A DNA stretch of 64,000 bases from Saprospiraceae bacterium (GCA_035426385.1 DAOLZQ010000007.1:252-64251), one strand, 5' to 3'; positions 1 through 8,940 are shown, counted from the first letter of the stretch. Numbers and translations are program-made. The notes: generated by a model from the sequence alone, not told the origin.

Positions 1-357
1 TTTATTAAAGTGCTCCTTATAAACAATTTCTAAGTCCCTGCTAGAAAAGATAAATATAAGTAAATATTTTATGCATTACACTGTAAAGTTTAGCAATTTA
101 TGCCATACCTCACCCTAACCTAAAAATCGTTTCCCTGAATACAAACTATTTTCGAAACTATGTAAATTAAAAATTTGGGCAGAGTAAACATTTTTATTTA
201 AAAATTAAAGGTACCTAAGTTATAAACTACGGTTATTTCACAGAAAAGCAAAAAATATTTGGGCAATAAAATAACAAACCCTATCTTTAGAACGTATTAT
301 TACTGTAGCCGAGTTATAATCTTATTTTTCATAGTAATCCCATGACATTTTGAACCG

Positions 358-480
358 ATGAAAGGTTTTGTAAAAGTTTTAATTCTACTTGTTTTAATGG
401 TTGTTGCGTACATGATATATGTACAGCAAGTGCCAAAGGAGGAAGTAATCATCAAAGTAAAAGCAGAAAGGTCTGTTTAA
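358..480 (+). CDS. possible 40-aa single-pass membrane peptide (small ORF below track cutoff)
   Basis: ATG at 358 and TAA at 478-480. The translation MKGFVKVLILLVLMVVAYMIYVQQVPKEEVIIKVKAERSV has one hydrophobic helix. No homology support is available. Confidence 0.2.
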   Translation: MKGFVKVLILLVLMVVAYMIYVQQVPKEEVIIKVKAERSV

Positions 481-511
481 TCCCTCCCCGGAATTCTTCA
501 TTCGTTTTTTC

Positions 512-1696
512 TTAATTATAAATGATTTCTCCTTCTTCCAACCGAAGTTTAACCTGAGCATCTGTTGATGACTCCTCTACCCTGCCAATTACCGCTGCCT
601 CAATATTAAATTCTCTCGAAATAGTGATCAACTCCTGAGCAACTTCCGAATTAGTATAGATTTCTAACCGGGTACCCATATTAAATACCCGATACATCTC
701 CCGTAGATCAGTATTGGCCTCATCGCCTATTAACTTGAAAATTGGCGGCACAGGTAATAGATTATCCTTTATTATACTCACCGGTTCATCGAGATACTTT
801 AGCACTTTGGTGTGAGCACCACCTGTATTGTGGATGATACCACCCAGTTGACCCGGATATAGTTCTAATATCTTCGCAAGGAGAGGTAAATAGGTCCTGG
901 TAGGTGAAAGTACCAATGATCCCAGTGAATAAGGGCTACCATCTATTTCCACTATTTCCTCCACACTCCGCTGACCGGTATAGACAACCTCTGGATCTGT
1001 CTGAGGTGCATAAGTCTCCGGATAAGTCTTACTATACTTACCACCTCCAAACAGTTCGTGGCGTGCCATAGTCAGTCCATTTGAACCGATCCCGGAATTA
1101 TAACTTTGCTCATACGTGGCCTGGCCATATGAAGCAAAACCAACGATAACCTGACCCGGCCGAATGCGGTTGATCACCAGCCGACTTCTCGGCATACGTG
1201 CAAATGCGGTAAAACCAACATCAAGAGTGCGGACGATATCACCGACATCTGCAGTCTCACCGCCGGCCAGATGCAAATGAACACCATGCGTGCGCATATT
1301 CTCAACAAATGCAACCGCCTCATTAATAATTACCGAAAGTACATCACCATCTATCAAATGCTTATTGCGCCCTACTGTGCTGCTCAGGATTATGTTATCA
1401 ATACATCCGACACAGGCCATATCATCCGTGTTCATCACGATGGCATCCTGTACTATACCTTTCCAGATATTAATGTCACCTGTCTCCTTATAATATAGAT
1501 ATGCCAGTGCTGTCTTGGTGCCAGCCGTATCTGCGTGCATGATGTTGCAATAGTCGTCAGAGCCGCCTATATAATCGGGTAATATTTTACAGAAAGCAGT
1601 AGGATACAGGCCCTGGTCCAAATTCTTTATCGCACGGTGTACGTCTTCCTTTCCTGCAGCCACACCGCGACGTGCGTACTTATTTTGATCTTCCAT
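512..1696 (-). CDS. purM: phosphoribosylformylglycinamidine cyclo-ligase (AIR synthase, long Bacteroidota type)
   Basis: 394-aa ORF. The N-terminus RGVAAGKEDVHRAIKNLDQGLYPTAFCKILPDY...MHADTAGTKT and the overall length match the PurM/AIR-synthase family as found in Bacteroidota. Confidence 0.85.
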   Translation of the reverse strand: MEDQNKYARRGVAAGKEDVHRAIKNLDQGLYPTAFCKILPDYIGGSDDYCNIMHADTAGTKTALAYLYYKETGDINIWKGIVQDAIVMNTDDMACVGCIDNIILSSTVGRNKHLIDGDVLSVIINEAVAFVENMRTHGVHLHLAGGETADVGDIVRTLDVGFTAFARMPRSRLVINRIRPGQVIVGFASYGQATYEQSYNSGIGSNGLTMARHELFGGGKYSKTYPETYAPQTDPEVVYTGQRSVEEIVEIDGSPYSLGSLVLSPTRTYLPLLAKILELYPGQLGGIIHNTGGAHTKVLKYLDEPVSIIKDNLLPVPPIFKLIGDEANTDLREMYRVFNMGTRLEIYTNSEVAQELITISREFNIEAAVIGRVEESSTDAQVKLRLEEGEIIYN

Positions 1697-1699
1697 CTC

Positions 1700-2347
1700 T
1701 TACTTTTCAAACAATTTACTACCAATTCGCACCATGGTCGAGCCACATTCCAGGGCCAATTTATAATCAGATGACATCCCCATAGAACAGTGGGCAAAGC
1801 TCGAATGATCTTTAAAAAATCCCATTTTTAATTCGTCAAATATTTTCCTCAACGAGATAAATTCACCTTTGATCAATGACTGATCATCTGTTAATGTAGC
1901 CATTCCCATGATGCCACACACTTCAATATCATCGTGCGACGTAAATCCCGAGTCTATCCAGTCAAACAATTCTGCAGGTGAAAATCCCGATTTAGTTTCC
2001 TCTTGAGCTACATGAAGTTGCAACAATACCTTCAGAGGTTGCTCACGCAATTCTATATGACTTAGTAAGGTCTTGTACAGCTTTGCGCTGTCCATGCTCT
2101 GCAGCATACTGACCTCAGTGATCACTTGCTTCACTTTATTGGACTGCAAGTGGCCGATCATGTGCCATTCAATATCTCCGGGCAAATCATCTTTTTTGTG
2201 CAGTAACTCCTGCACCCTATTCTCGCCCATTATCCGTTGGCCGGCCTCGTACAAAGGCATGATTTCAGTAGCACTGTGGGTCTTTGTAACTGCCACTAGA
2301 GTCGTCTGAAACGGCTTTAATTCATCTAAAATTTTAAATAATTGCAT
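1700..2347 (-). CDS. yggS: YggS-family pyridoxal-phosphate homeostasis protein
   Basis: VAVTKTH, GENRVQEL, WHMIGHLQSNKVK and SMGMSSDY motifs are typical of YggS/PROSC. There is a 3-nt gap to purM. Confidence 0.85.
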   Translation of the reverse strand: MQLFKILDELKPFQTTLVAVTKTHSATEIMPLYEAGQRIMGENRVQELLHKKDDLPGDIEWHMIGHLQSNKVKQVITEVSMLQSMDSAKLYKTLLSHIELREQPLKVLLQLHVAQEETKSGFSPAELFDWIDSGFTSHDDIEVCGIMGMATLTDDQSLIKGEFISLRKIFDELKMGFFKDHSSFAHCSMGMSSDYKLALECGSTMVRIGSKLFEK

Positions 2348-2376
2348 TCGATATATTAAAATTAATCATAATGTGT

Positions 2377-2384
2377 TATCTTTG
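2377..2384 (+). promoter_or_regulatory. Bacteroidota -7 promoter box TATCTTTG (TAnnTTTG)
   Basis: Exact consensus match on the plus strand in the yggS/dNK intergenic region. It points toward the small ORF at 2489. Confidence 0.3.
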
Positions 2385-2488
2385 CTTTATTCATCTGTTA
2401 CACAAAAGTTAAAGATAAGGTGTGACGGACGGAAAGAATACAATTCGGCGTTTTATAAATTATAGTCCCTTTTTTAAAATTCAATTCC

Positions 2489-2656
2489 ATGCATCGATCC
2501 ATTCCACAACTGCAATTAGAAAAGCAAAACAAGAAATCGGCCTTAATTACTTATCTGATATTCATCACATTACTATCTATATTGGTTTGGTTCTTTGGCT
2601 TTCAGCACTCATTTCCAGCTCAATATGATGATACCAGCATAGTAAGAATGCCCTGA
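2489..2656 (+). CDS. possible 55-aa membrane peptide (small ORF below track cutoff)
   Basis: ATG at 2489 and TGA at 2654-2656. The translation MHRSIPQLQLEKQNKKSALITYLIFITLLSILVWFFGFQHSFPAQYDDTSIVRMP has one TM helix. A TAnnTTTG box lies about 105 nt upstream. Confidence 0.25.
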   Translation: MHRSIPQLQLEKQNKKSALITYLIFITLLSILVWFFGFQHSFPAQYDDTSIVRMP

Positions 2657-3298
2657 TCAACTGAAGAGACCATTTATTTCACCATCCACCATTTCTATAA
2701 CTCGTGCCAGATCTTCTTGATTTTCTATAAAATTTAGCTTATCTGCATTAATGATGAGCAGCGGCCCTTCTGTATAATTATCTATCCAATCTTCGTATCT
2801 CTTATTCAATTTTTTGAGATAATCCAGGCTCATACTACCCTCATAATCTCTCCCTCGGGTCTGAATGTGCGATACCAGCGTTGGAATTCCGGCGCGCAGA
2901 TAGATGAGCAGATCGGGTGGCTTTACCTGTGAAGACATGGTGCGAAACAGATCAAAATAATTATTAAAATCTCTTTGGCTCATCAGACCCATCTCATGCA
3001 GATTGGGCGCAAATATGTAAGCGTCTTCGTAGATCGTCCTGTCCTGAATTACAGGCAGGTCGCCCTGCTGTATATTAAGTACCTGCTTGTAACGACTATT
3101 GAGAAAGTAAATCTGGAGATTGAAAGACCAGCGGTGCATGTCATTATAGAAATCTGCGAGGTATGGATTGGTTTCAGTATCTTCATAATGTACTGACCAG
3201 TCAAAATGACGGGCCAGCAGAGCGGTTAGAGAGGTCTTTCCGGCGCCAATATTGCCCGCTAAGGCAATATGTTTGATCTTGTGTTCTGCTGAGGACAT
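2657..3298 (-). CDS. deoxynucleoside kinase (dAK/dGK family)
   Basis: P-loop GNIGAGKTS followed by YEDTETNPYL..FY and DRTIYED, as in deoxynucleoside kinases. I trimmed the track start at 3361 to the ATG at 3298 (MSSAEHK) because a -7 box lies at 3320-3327 inside the longer ORF. Confidence 0.8.
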   Translation of the reverse strand: MSSAEHKIKHIALAGNIGAGKTSLTALLARHFDWSVHYEDTETNPYLADFYNDMHRWSFNLQIYFLNSRYKQVLNIQQGDLPVIQDRTIYEDAYIFAPNLHEMGLMSQRDFNNYFDLFRTMSSQVKPPDLLIYLRAGIPTLVSHIQTRGRDYEGSMSLDYLKKLNKRYEDWIDNYTEGPLLIINADKLNFIENQEDLARVIEMVDGEINGLFS

Positions 3299-3319
3299 AT
3301 ATAAGGTATGGAATCCGAG

Positions 3320-3327
3320 CAAAGATA
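3320..3327 (-). promoter_or_regulatory. -7 promoter box (TATCTTTG on minus strand)
   Basis: CAAAGATA on the plus strand equals TATCTTTG on the minus strand, 21 nt upstream of the ATG at 3298. Confidence 0.4.
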
Positions 3328-3522
3328 AAATAATGGCCGGAATCAAAGTGTGCTTACCCATTTTCAGCGCAATTTTATGCCGGTATCCTACAGTTCCATC
3401 ACAATCAAGATCACATTATAAGCGATAAACCGCCATTGGGCTATGATATAGAGCAGAATATCGAAAAAATGTTTCTTAGGCTTTAATATGCAGTAATATT
3501 GTCACTTGATCTAAGATGACAT

Positions 3523-4239
3523 ATGAATCAGGAAATTATCTCTATTAAATCCTTGTCCAAGGTATATTTTATGGGTGACCAAAAGCTGATGGCGCTGCGG
3601 GATGTGACTTTGTCTATTACTAAGAATGAATATGTCGCGCTGATGGGACCTTCGGGTTCGGGTAAATCCACACTCATGAATATTTTAGGTTGTCTGGACT
3701 CTCCCACCTCCGGTAGCTATACACTCAATGGCATCAACGTAAGTCAGATGATAGATAATGACCTGGCGGCGGTTCGAAATAAAGAGATCGGGTTTATATT
3801 CCAGACCTTTAATCTGCTACCCCGCCTCAGTGCACTTGACAATGTGGCCATACCACTCATATACGCAGGGATGTCTAAGAAGCAAAGGGTAGAAAAAGCA
3901 ACTATCGCACTGGAAAAAGTGGGGCTTACGGATCGTATGAAACACCGGCCAAATGAACTCTCAGGTGGTCAAAGACAACGGGTCGCTATCGCACGTGCTA
4001 TCGTCAATGATCCGGCAATAATTCTCGCAGATGAACCGACCGGTAACCTAGACACTAAAACCAGTCTGGAAATCATGGCCATCTTTGAAACCATGCATCA
4101 AGCGGGAAACACCATTATAGTCGTAACTCACGAACCTGATATCGCAGAGTATGCACACCGAATCGTCAGGCTGAGGGATGGTAATATAGAGAGTGACCAG
4201 GTAAATCCGAATCCGGTCATACAGGGCGTGGTAATGTAA
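3523..4239 (+). CDS. ABC transporter ATP-binding protein, MacB/LolD-like
   Basis: Walker [10 protein letters not shown], signature LSGGQRQR, Walker B ILADEPT and an H-loop VTHE. No permease gene is adjacent. Confidence 0.85.
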   Translation: MNQEIISIKSLSKVYFMGDQKLMALRDVTLSITKNEYVALMGPSGSGKSTLMNILGCLDSPTSGSYTLNGINVSQMIDNDLAAVRNKEIGFIFQTFNLLPRLSALDNVAIPLIYAGMSKKQRVEKATIALEKVGLTDRMKHRPNELSGGQRQRVAIARAIVNDPAIILADEPTGNLDTKTSLEIMAIFETMHQAGNTIIVVTHEPDIAEYAHRIVRLRDGNIESDQVNPNPVIQGVVM

Positions 4240-4503
4240 TATTTAGATGGAATTTAGAAAAGAAATATCAATTTGAGAACTGAGACAGATACAGTTATTC
4301 TCAATTCTGTTAAAATAAATACAAGATTAAATGCTAAAAAACTACACCGCAAAATCTACATTGGATTAAGATATATATATTACTTTTTTAATACAACAAT
4401 TTATGATGTGCAAAAAAAATCACCATATAAGTATCTGAAATAAGGCAAAGAAACCTATTTCCTTACTATTTAGATTGATATAGATATTATTGAATTAATT
4501 CAA

Positions 4504-4512
4504 AGTACCCCA
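4504..4512. repeat. left copy of 9-bp direct repeat AGTACCCCA
   Basis: Identical 9-mer at 6507-6515. The two copies bracket the low-GC two-gene cassette. Confidence 0.3.
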
Positions 4513-4571
4513 TTTTATTAATCTAATGTAAATCGTATGACATTTAGACTCTTTTCATTCAAATCTACATA

Positions 4572-6023
4572 CTAAATAATATATAATCCAGGACTTAAAG
4601 ATGGAATTTGGAATTTTATAAATCTTAAATCCTCGTATTGATCTAAAGACAACTCATATAGTTTTTCCCCAAGAAGGGAAAATAAAGCCATTTTCTGTCC
4701 AAACTTAATTGCCTGATCAAATTCTATTTGAAGCAATTTATTTGTTACAGGATTAACGATTTTGAAACCTAAGTTTACTTTCTTATTTGCGACCTTGGCA
4801 CTTCTTTCATTGGAATTGAATGAAGTGAGCTTTGAGATTAATGGGTTATTATATGTATAAATTAATAATATAGTATTATCATCATCTTTAACTATCGGAA
4901 GATTTAAACGACGTCGCTTATCCTCCACCATACTCAAAATTTTATTGTATAGATTAGAATTATACACCTTAATAAAATAGTCATCAGAACTAAAGTCAGG
5001 TGATAAATCAAAAAAATTAAAAGCGCTGGAATACCGATTATCAATGACTACACCGGTGAGCAATTCAAGCAAAACTCCGCTCTGCTTATCATAGACATAG
5101 TTTCTAATCTTATTTTTAAATCCCGAAGATATGACCAGATTGTCCTTATTGTTATGGTAAGAATTTATCAAATAGTTGGTATCAATTAGAATAGCGTCTG
5201 CAACCGGATCATGAATCTGATCTAACTTATCTTTTATCATCTTATTATCTACTTTAGAGGCAACAATTGTATATTTATTAATTATGCTGCCATCGAATGA
5301 AATTTCAAATATTTCACCTGAATATAGATTACTATACATAATAAGTCCTCTTTTCTCATCGACTTGTAATCTATTAGAAATCTTAAAATTGTAAGCGGAA
5401 TTAAATAAATCATTACCGTTTTCATTTAATTCCTTCTTAGTTATTGTTGAAATTATAACACCATTGCTATCTGCAATTAAAAGCGCCTTGGAAAAATACT
5501 CGGGTTTATCTGAATTGAAGGGAGTATAAAACACAAATTTCCTACTAATTGAAGAATATTTAAAATCCATCACATTATAAGGGAGTAAAACCCGACTGAT
5601 CTCCTGATTTGAAGGAATATCAAATTTAGCAAGGGAACTAATAGCGGTATTCAGTATATATAGTTGATTATCTGATTCGGAGACATTAAATTTAAAATCA
5701 TGTCCTGAAGTATTCATATCCAAAACACCTACTGAACCAAGAAAGCGACCTTCCAAATCAAACTTGAATACCAGCCCACCATATTTATAATCAGTCAGGT
5801 AAATGAAATGAGGTGTCATTTTCAAGTCTAGAATGTAATTAAGTCGAAAAGTATCAGATCTGTCCAATGCTACATAACGGGGTAAATTATAAGGAAGCTC
5901 AAAATTTTCACCGTTTTTATAAAACTTATACGCATCTTCTATAGGTAACTGTTGGGAAAATACCTGGTGGATGGAAAATGAGCAAAAGGCAATTGAGGCA
6001 TATTTAAGAACTACGGATTTCAT
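4572..6023 (-). CDS. secreted beta-propeller-like protein (resembles the Bacteroidota 6-bladed beta-propeller/DUF5128 family) with degenerate T9SS-like C-terminal domain
   Basis: N-terminal signal peptide. Repeated segments such as FIYLTDYKYGGLVFKFDLEGRFLGSVG resemble propeller blades. The C-terminus VNPVTNKLLQIEF...LFSLLGEKLYELSL...LSPGLYII resembles a T9SS sorting domain. The gene is very AT-rich. Confidence 0.5.
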   Translation of the reverse strand: MKSVVLKYASIAFCSFSIHQVFSQQLPIEDAYKFYKNGENFELPYNLPRYVALDRSDTFRLNYILDLKMTPHFIYLTDYKYGGLVFKFDLEGRFLGSVGVLDMNTSGHDFKFNVSESDNQLYILNTAISSLAKFDIPSNQEISRVLLPYNVMDFKYSSISRKFVFYTPFNSDKPEYFSKALLIADSNGVIISTITKKELNENGNDLFNSAYNFKISNRLQVDEKRGLIMYSNLYSGEIFEISFDGSIINKYTIVASKVDNKMIKDKLDQIHDPVADAILIDTNYLINSYHNNKDNLVISSGFKNKIRNYVYDKQSGVLLELLTGVVIDNRYSSAFNFFDLSPDFSSDDYFIKVYNSNLYNKILSMVEDKRRRLNLPIVKDDDNTILLIYTYNNPLISKLTSFNSNERSAKVANKKVNLGFKIVNPVTNKLLQIEFDQAIKFGQKMALFSLLGEKLYELSLDQYEDLRFIKFQIPSLSPGLYII

Positions 6024-6034
6024 GAGTTATACTT

Positions 6035-6430
6035 TTATTTTGAATTAGAATCAATATCAAATGTAGCAGTACATGATCCGCACAAACTAGCACAATCGGA
6101 CTGTCTTGTAATACAATCCGTGCCCGGATTGCACCAAATAAATCCTCCAAAATGACAAGTATATATATATGTCTGAGTGGAGAAAAATCGTTGATTTCCA
6201 TCTTCGCAGCAGCAAATCAGACTACCTATTATAGGTCCACTCTGACTATTACAAGCGTAATCCAAAACCCAAATCCAAACGGGGGCAAGTTGGTTGCAAT
6301 ATCCAGGAATAACAACGTGGATCTTTGATATTATTTGTAAATCATTTCTTTCTGGAATTGATGCCTTAAGGCTAAAAACAGATAGAATTAATAAGAAAAG
6401 AATAAGATTAACAATTTTCATCATAAACAT
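6035..6430 (-). CDS. secreted cysteine-rich small protein (11 Cys in about 108 mature residues), unknown family
   Basis: Signal peptide MFMMKIVNLILFLLILSVFSLKA. The mature part has 11 cysteines including a CCC triplet. An 11-nt gap separates it from the downstream propeller gene. The gene is AT-rich. Confidence 0.55.
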   Translation of the reverse strand: MFMMKIVNLILFLLILSVFSLKASIPERNDLQIISKIHVVIPGYCNQLAPVWIWVLDYACNSQSGPIIGSLICCCEDGNQRFFSTQTYIYTCHFGGFIWCNPGTDCITRQSDCASLCGSCTATFDIDSNSK

Positions 6431-6506
6431 TTCCTTTATAAAAATATAAGTATTTTTATAATTTTTAGTTAATAATATGTTAATATTAAAAACTTTCCAT
6501 CACTCT

Positions 6507-6515
6507 AGTACCCCA
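6507..6515. repeat. right copy of 9-bp direct repeat AGTACCCCA
   Basis: Identical to 4504-4512. It lies 14 nt downstream of the cdaA stop codon. Confidence 0.3.
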
Positions 6516-6528
6516 ATCTCCTTTAAAC

Positions 6529-7326
6529 CTATAACTCGGGTGTATGCGTCACCGTGTTTTTTGATAGCTTCTCTTCACCCTTTATGGCTGTGCGCAGATA
6601 TTGGAGTACTTGATCTTCCTCCAACTGCATATTCAGATTACCACGATAAGCGTGAGCAATTGTACCACGCTCCTCAGATACGATAAACACATGCGCATTG
6701 CTAACTTCGCTTAGGCCGAGTCCGGCGCGATGTCGCAAGCCCGCATGTGGCGGCAGAGTTAAGTTGTCGGATACCGGAAGGATACAACTGGCTTTATATA
6801 TCTTCATGTTGTAAATGACCATAGCTCCGTCGTGGAGCGGTGATTCTTTATTGAAGATACTGACGATCAATTGCTTGGTTACTTCCGCATTGATGAGAAT
6901 CCCACTATCCTCCAGACCTGGAAAATTGAGGTCTTCGGCCAGCACGATGAGTGCTCCTACCCGTTCTTTGGCCATTCTAAGCATAGAACTATGTAATTGA
7001 GCCACCATAGGAGATTCTTCCAGAGGGGCCTTCATAATTCTGAAAAAGCGACCATTAAAGAAGGGTATGTTACCCTTGACGGCGTTATTTCCAAGCACAA
7101 GGAGAAACTTGCGTATCTCCGGCTGGAAGATGATAACCAAAGCAATCACTCCAACTGATACAAACTGGCCCAGTATCATGGTGAGCAGCTCCATTTTTAA
7201 GAGAGTGACGATCCACCAGGCAATGAAAAGAACGGTAATCCCGAGAAAAATATAGAAAGCAAGCCCACCCTTCAGTAGTTTATAGATCCTGAAGATCAGA
7301 TAGGCAACAATGATGATATCCAGCAA
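6529..7326 (-). CDS. cdaA: diadenylate cyclase CdaA (c-di-AMP synthase)
   Basis: Three N-terminal TM helices followed by a DAC domain with HDGAMVI and RHRAGLGLSE..VFIVSEERG motifs. The track start is a TTG at 7326. The open frame continues upstream to 7380, so the true start may be higher (see findings). Confidence 0.85.
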   Translation of the reverse strand: MLDIIIVAYLIFRIYKLLKGGLAFYIFLGITVLFIAWWIVTLLKMELLTMILGQFVSVGVIALVIIFQPEIRKFLLVLGNNAVKGNIPFFNGRFFRIMKAPLEESPMVAQLHSSMLRMAKERVGALIVLAEDLNFPGLEDSGILINAEVTKQLIVSIFNKESPLHDGAMVIYNMKIYKASCILPVSDNLTLPPHAGLRHRAGLGLSEVSNAHVFIVSEERGTIAHAYRGNLNMQLEEDQVLQYLRTAIKGEEKLSKNTVTHTPEL

Positions 7327-7418
7327 GTCCCAGAGCCGGATGGAAAGAAAACCTATATCGAATAAATGATTAATGTGCCAGTAACTTTATTGTGAATTAT
7401 AACTGCTGTGGTTATGCA

Positions 7419-7426
7419 CAAAAGTA
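7419..7426 (-). promoter_or_regulatory. -7 promoter box (TACTTTTG on minus strand) for cdaA
   Basis: CAAAAGTA on the plus strand is an exact TAnnTTTG on the minus strand, upstream of the cdaA open frame. Confidence 0.4.
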
Positions 7427-7458
7427 ACTACTTTTCATTCAATTTCGATTCAATATAG

Positions 7459-7466
7459 TATGTTTG
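7459..7466 (+). promoter_or_regulatory. -7 promoter box TATGTTTG
   Basis: Exact TAnnTTTG, 30 nt upstream of the ATG at 7497. Confidence 0.45.
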
Positions 7467-7496
7467 CTATAATTAGCCGTTCCTATAGAATATAGA

Positions 7497-8354
7497 ATGA
7501 AACTAAAAATTGACTTGTTACTGATATTGGGATTCCTAGCATGGGCACACCTTCTTGTTGCACAGCAAGTAATGACCAATGCGCAAGGGGATAAAATCGT
7601 CCGCTTCGATGATGGTTCCTGGCGCTACTATGAAGTCGCTGATTCTGTTCTGGAGCAAAATACTAAAGTAAAAGTAATCCCAGATCAAATTTCCACAGAA
7701 GATAGTAAATCAACTGAAAAATTAAAACCTTCGACCTCCGGAAATGAGGAAATACAAATTGAAAGGGAAAAAGAAAAAACTAATCGTAAAACAGCACCCA
7801 CCTCCATTAATAAAAGTTGGAAAGCACCTGACTTGTTGGAAAATCCACCGCCTTACACCTGTCCAGTTGCCTTTTCCGGCGTAGATCCCTTTACAAACAA
7901 AAATCGCACAGATCTGGAGAAAGAAGTTCTACTTACTTATACTGACCCCGAAGTAAAATCCTATCTCCTGGGCCGAAGCTATATGACTATGGAAGCTTTT
8001 ATGACAGAGTACATTGGGAGTCTGCGCTATCTCTCTATCAAGATAACGATCGCTTCTAAAACAGCTCGTGCAGAGTACGGATATGTCAAATCAGGTAGCT
8101 TGCTCACTATAAAATTACTTAATGGAGAAACTGTAAGTCTATTTACTACCAGCAGTGACATCGGAATCATCGACGACACCAAGAATCAAACTATTTTCAA
8201 AATATCATTCCCCCTTTCGAAAGAAAATCAAAAGTTACTTCAGAATTCGCTTGCTGATAAGCTGCGCCTGACTTGGTCCACCGGTTATGAGGAATATGAT
8301 ATATTCAATGTGGACTTCTTTTCAAATCAGCTCAATTGTCTAAATAAAATCTAG
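7497..8354 (+). CDS. hypothetical secreted protein
   Basis: 285-aa ORF with the signal peptide MKLKIDLLLILGFLAWAHLLVAQ. I recognised no family motif. A 4-nt gap separates it from miaE. Confidence 0.6.
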   Translation: MKLKIDLLLILGFLAWAHLLVAQQVMTNAQGDKIVRFDDGSWRYYEVADSVLEQNTKVKVIPDQISTEDSKSTEKLKPSTSGNEEIQIEREKEKTNRKTAPTSINKSWKAPDLLENPPPYTCPVAFSGVDPFTNKNRTDLEKEVLLTYTDPEVKSYLLGRSYMTMEAFMTEYIGSLRYLSIKITIASKTARAEYGYVKSGSLLTIKLLNGETVSLFTTSSDIGIIDDTKNQTIFKISFPLSKENQKLLQNSLADKLRLTWSTGYEEYDIFNVDFFSNQLNCLNKI

Positions 8355-8358
8355 CCCG

Positions 8359-8940
8359 ATGTTGGGATTAAAGTTACCCACAGATCCCCGCTGGGTTGAT
8401 CTGACCCAAATTTCACTCGAGGAGATACTGACTGATCATGCTTATTGTGAGCAAAAAGCAGCTTCCTCTTGTATCAGCCTAATCCAGAATAATCCACATA
8501 AGACAGAACTTGTAGAGCAGGTCGCTCCGGTGGTCACCGAAGAATGGGGACACTTCCGTCAGGTGCTTGCCATGTTGCAAAAGCGGGGTTTGTCCCTCGG
8601 CAGACAACGAAAAGACGTATACGTACTGGCACTGCGTGAGTTCGAGCGGAAAGGTGGTAGTCCGGGTGAGCGACTCATCGAAAAGTTATTGGTGCAGGCA
8701 CTGATTGAAGCCCGCAGTTGTGAACGCTTCCGAATGCTTTCACTCCACCTCGATGATGAAGAACTGCGCAAGTTTTATCATCAATTTATGATCTCAGAAG
8801 CCGGGCACTACCGTATGTTTCTCGACCTGGCTTACTTATATGGTGAAGAGAAGCAAGTCTCTACTCGTTGGCAAGAGTATCTTCAATACGAAGCGGAAGT
8901 AATCCAATCTCTTGAAGTGCGGGGAGACCGCATTCATTGA
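8359..8940 (+). CDS. miaE: tRNA-(ms2io6A37)-hydroxylase MiaE (diiron)
   Basis: Diiron ligand motifs DHAYCEQKAA, EEWGHF, EARSCERF and SEAGHY, as in MiaE. Confidence 0.8.
   Translation: MLGLKLPTDPRWVDLTQISLEEILTDHAYCEQKAASSCISLIQNNPHKTELVEQVAPVVTEEWGHFRQVLAMLQKRGLSLGRQRKDVYVLALREFERKGGSPGERLIEKLLVQALIEARSCERFRMLSLHLDDEELRKFYHQFMISEAGHYRMFLDLAYLYGEEKQVSTRWQEYLQYEAEVIQSLEVRGDRIH

Noticed and set aside
2422-2628. 68-aa plus-strand ORF with a non-ATG start.
   Set aside because: It lies in a different frame from the ATG-initiated 55-aa ORF at 2489-2656, which has the cleaner TM helix. Neither has homology support, so only the ATG ORF is listed, at low confidence.
6004-6201. 65-aa minus-strand ORF spanning the junction of the cassette genes.
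   Set aside because: It overlaps the Cys-rich protein gene in another frame and has no independent support.
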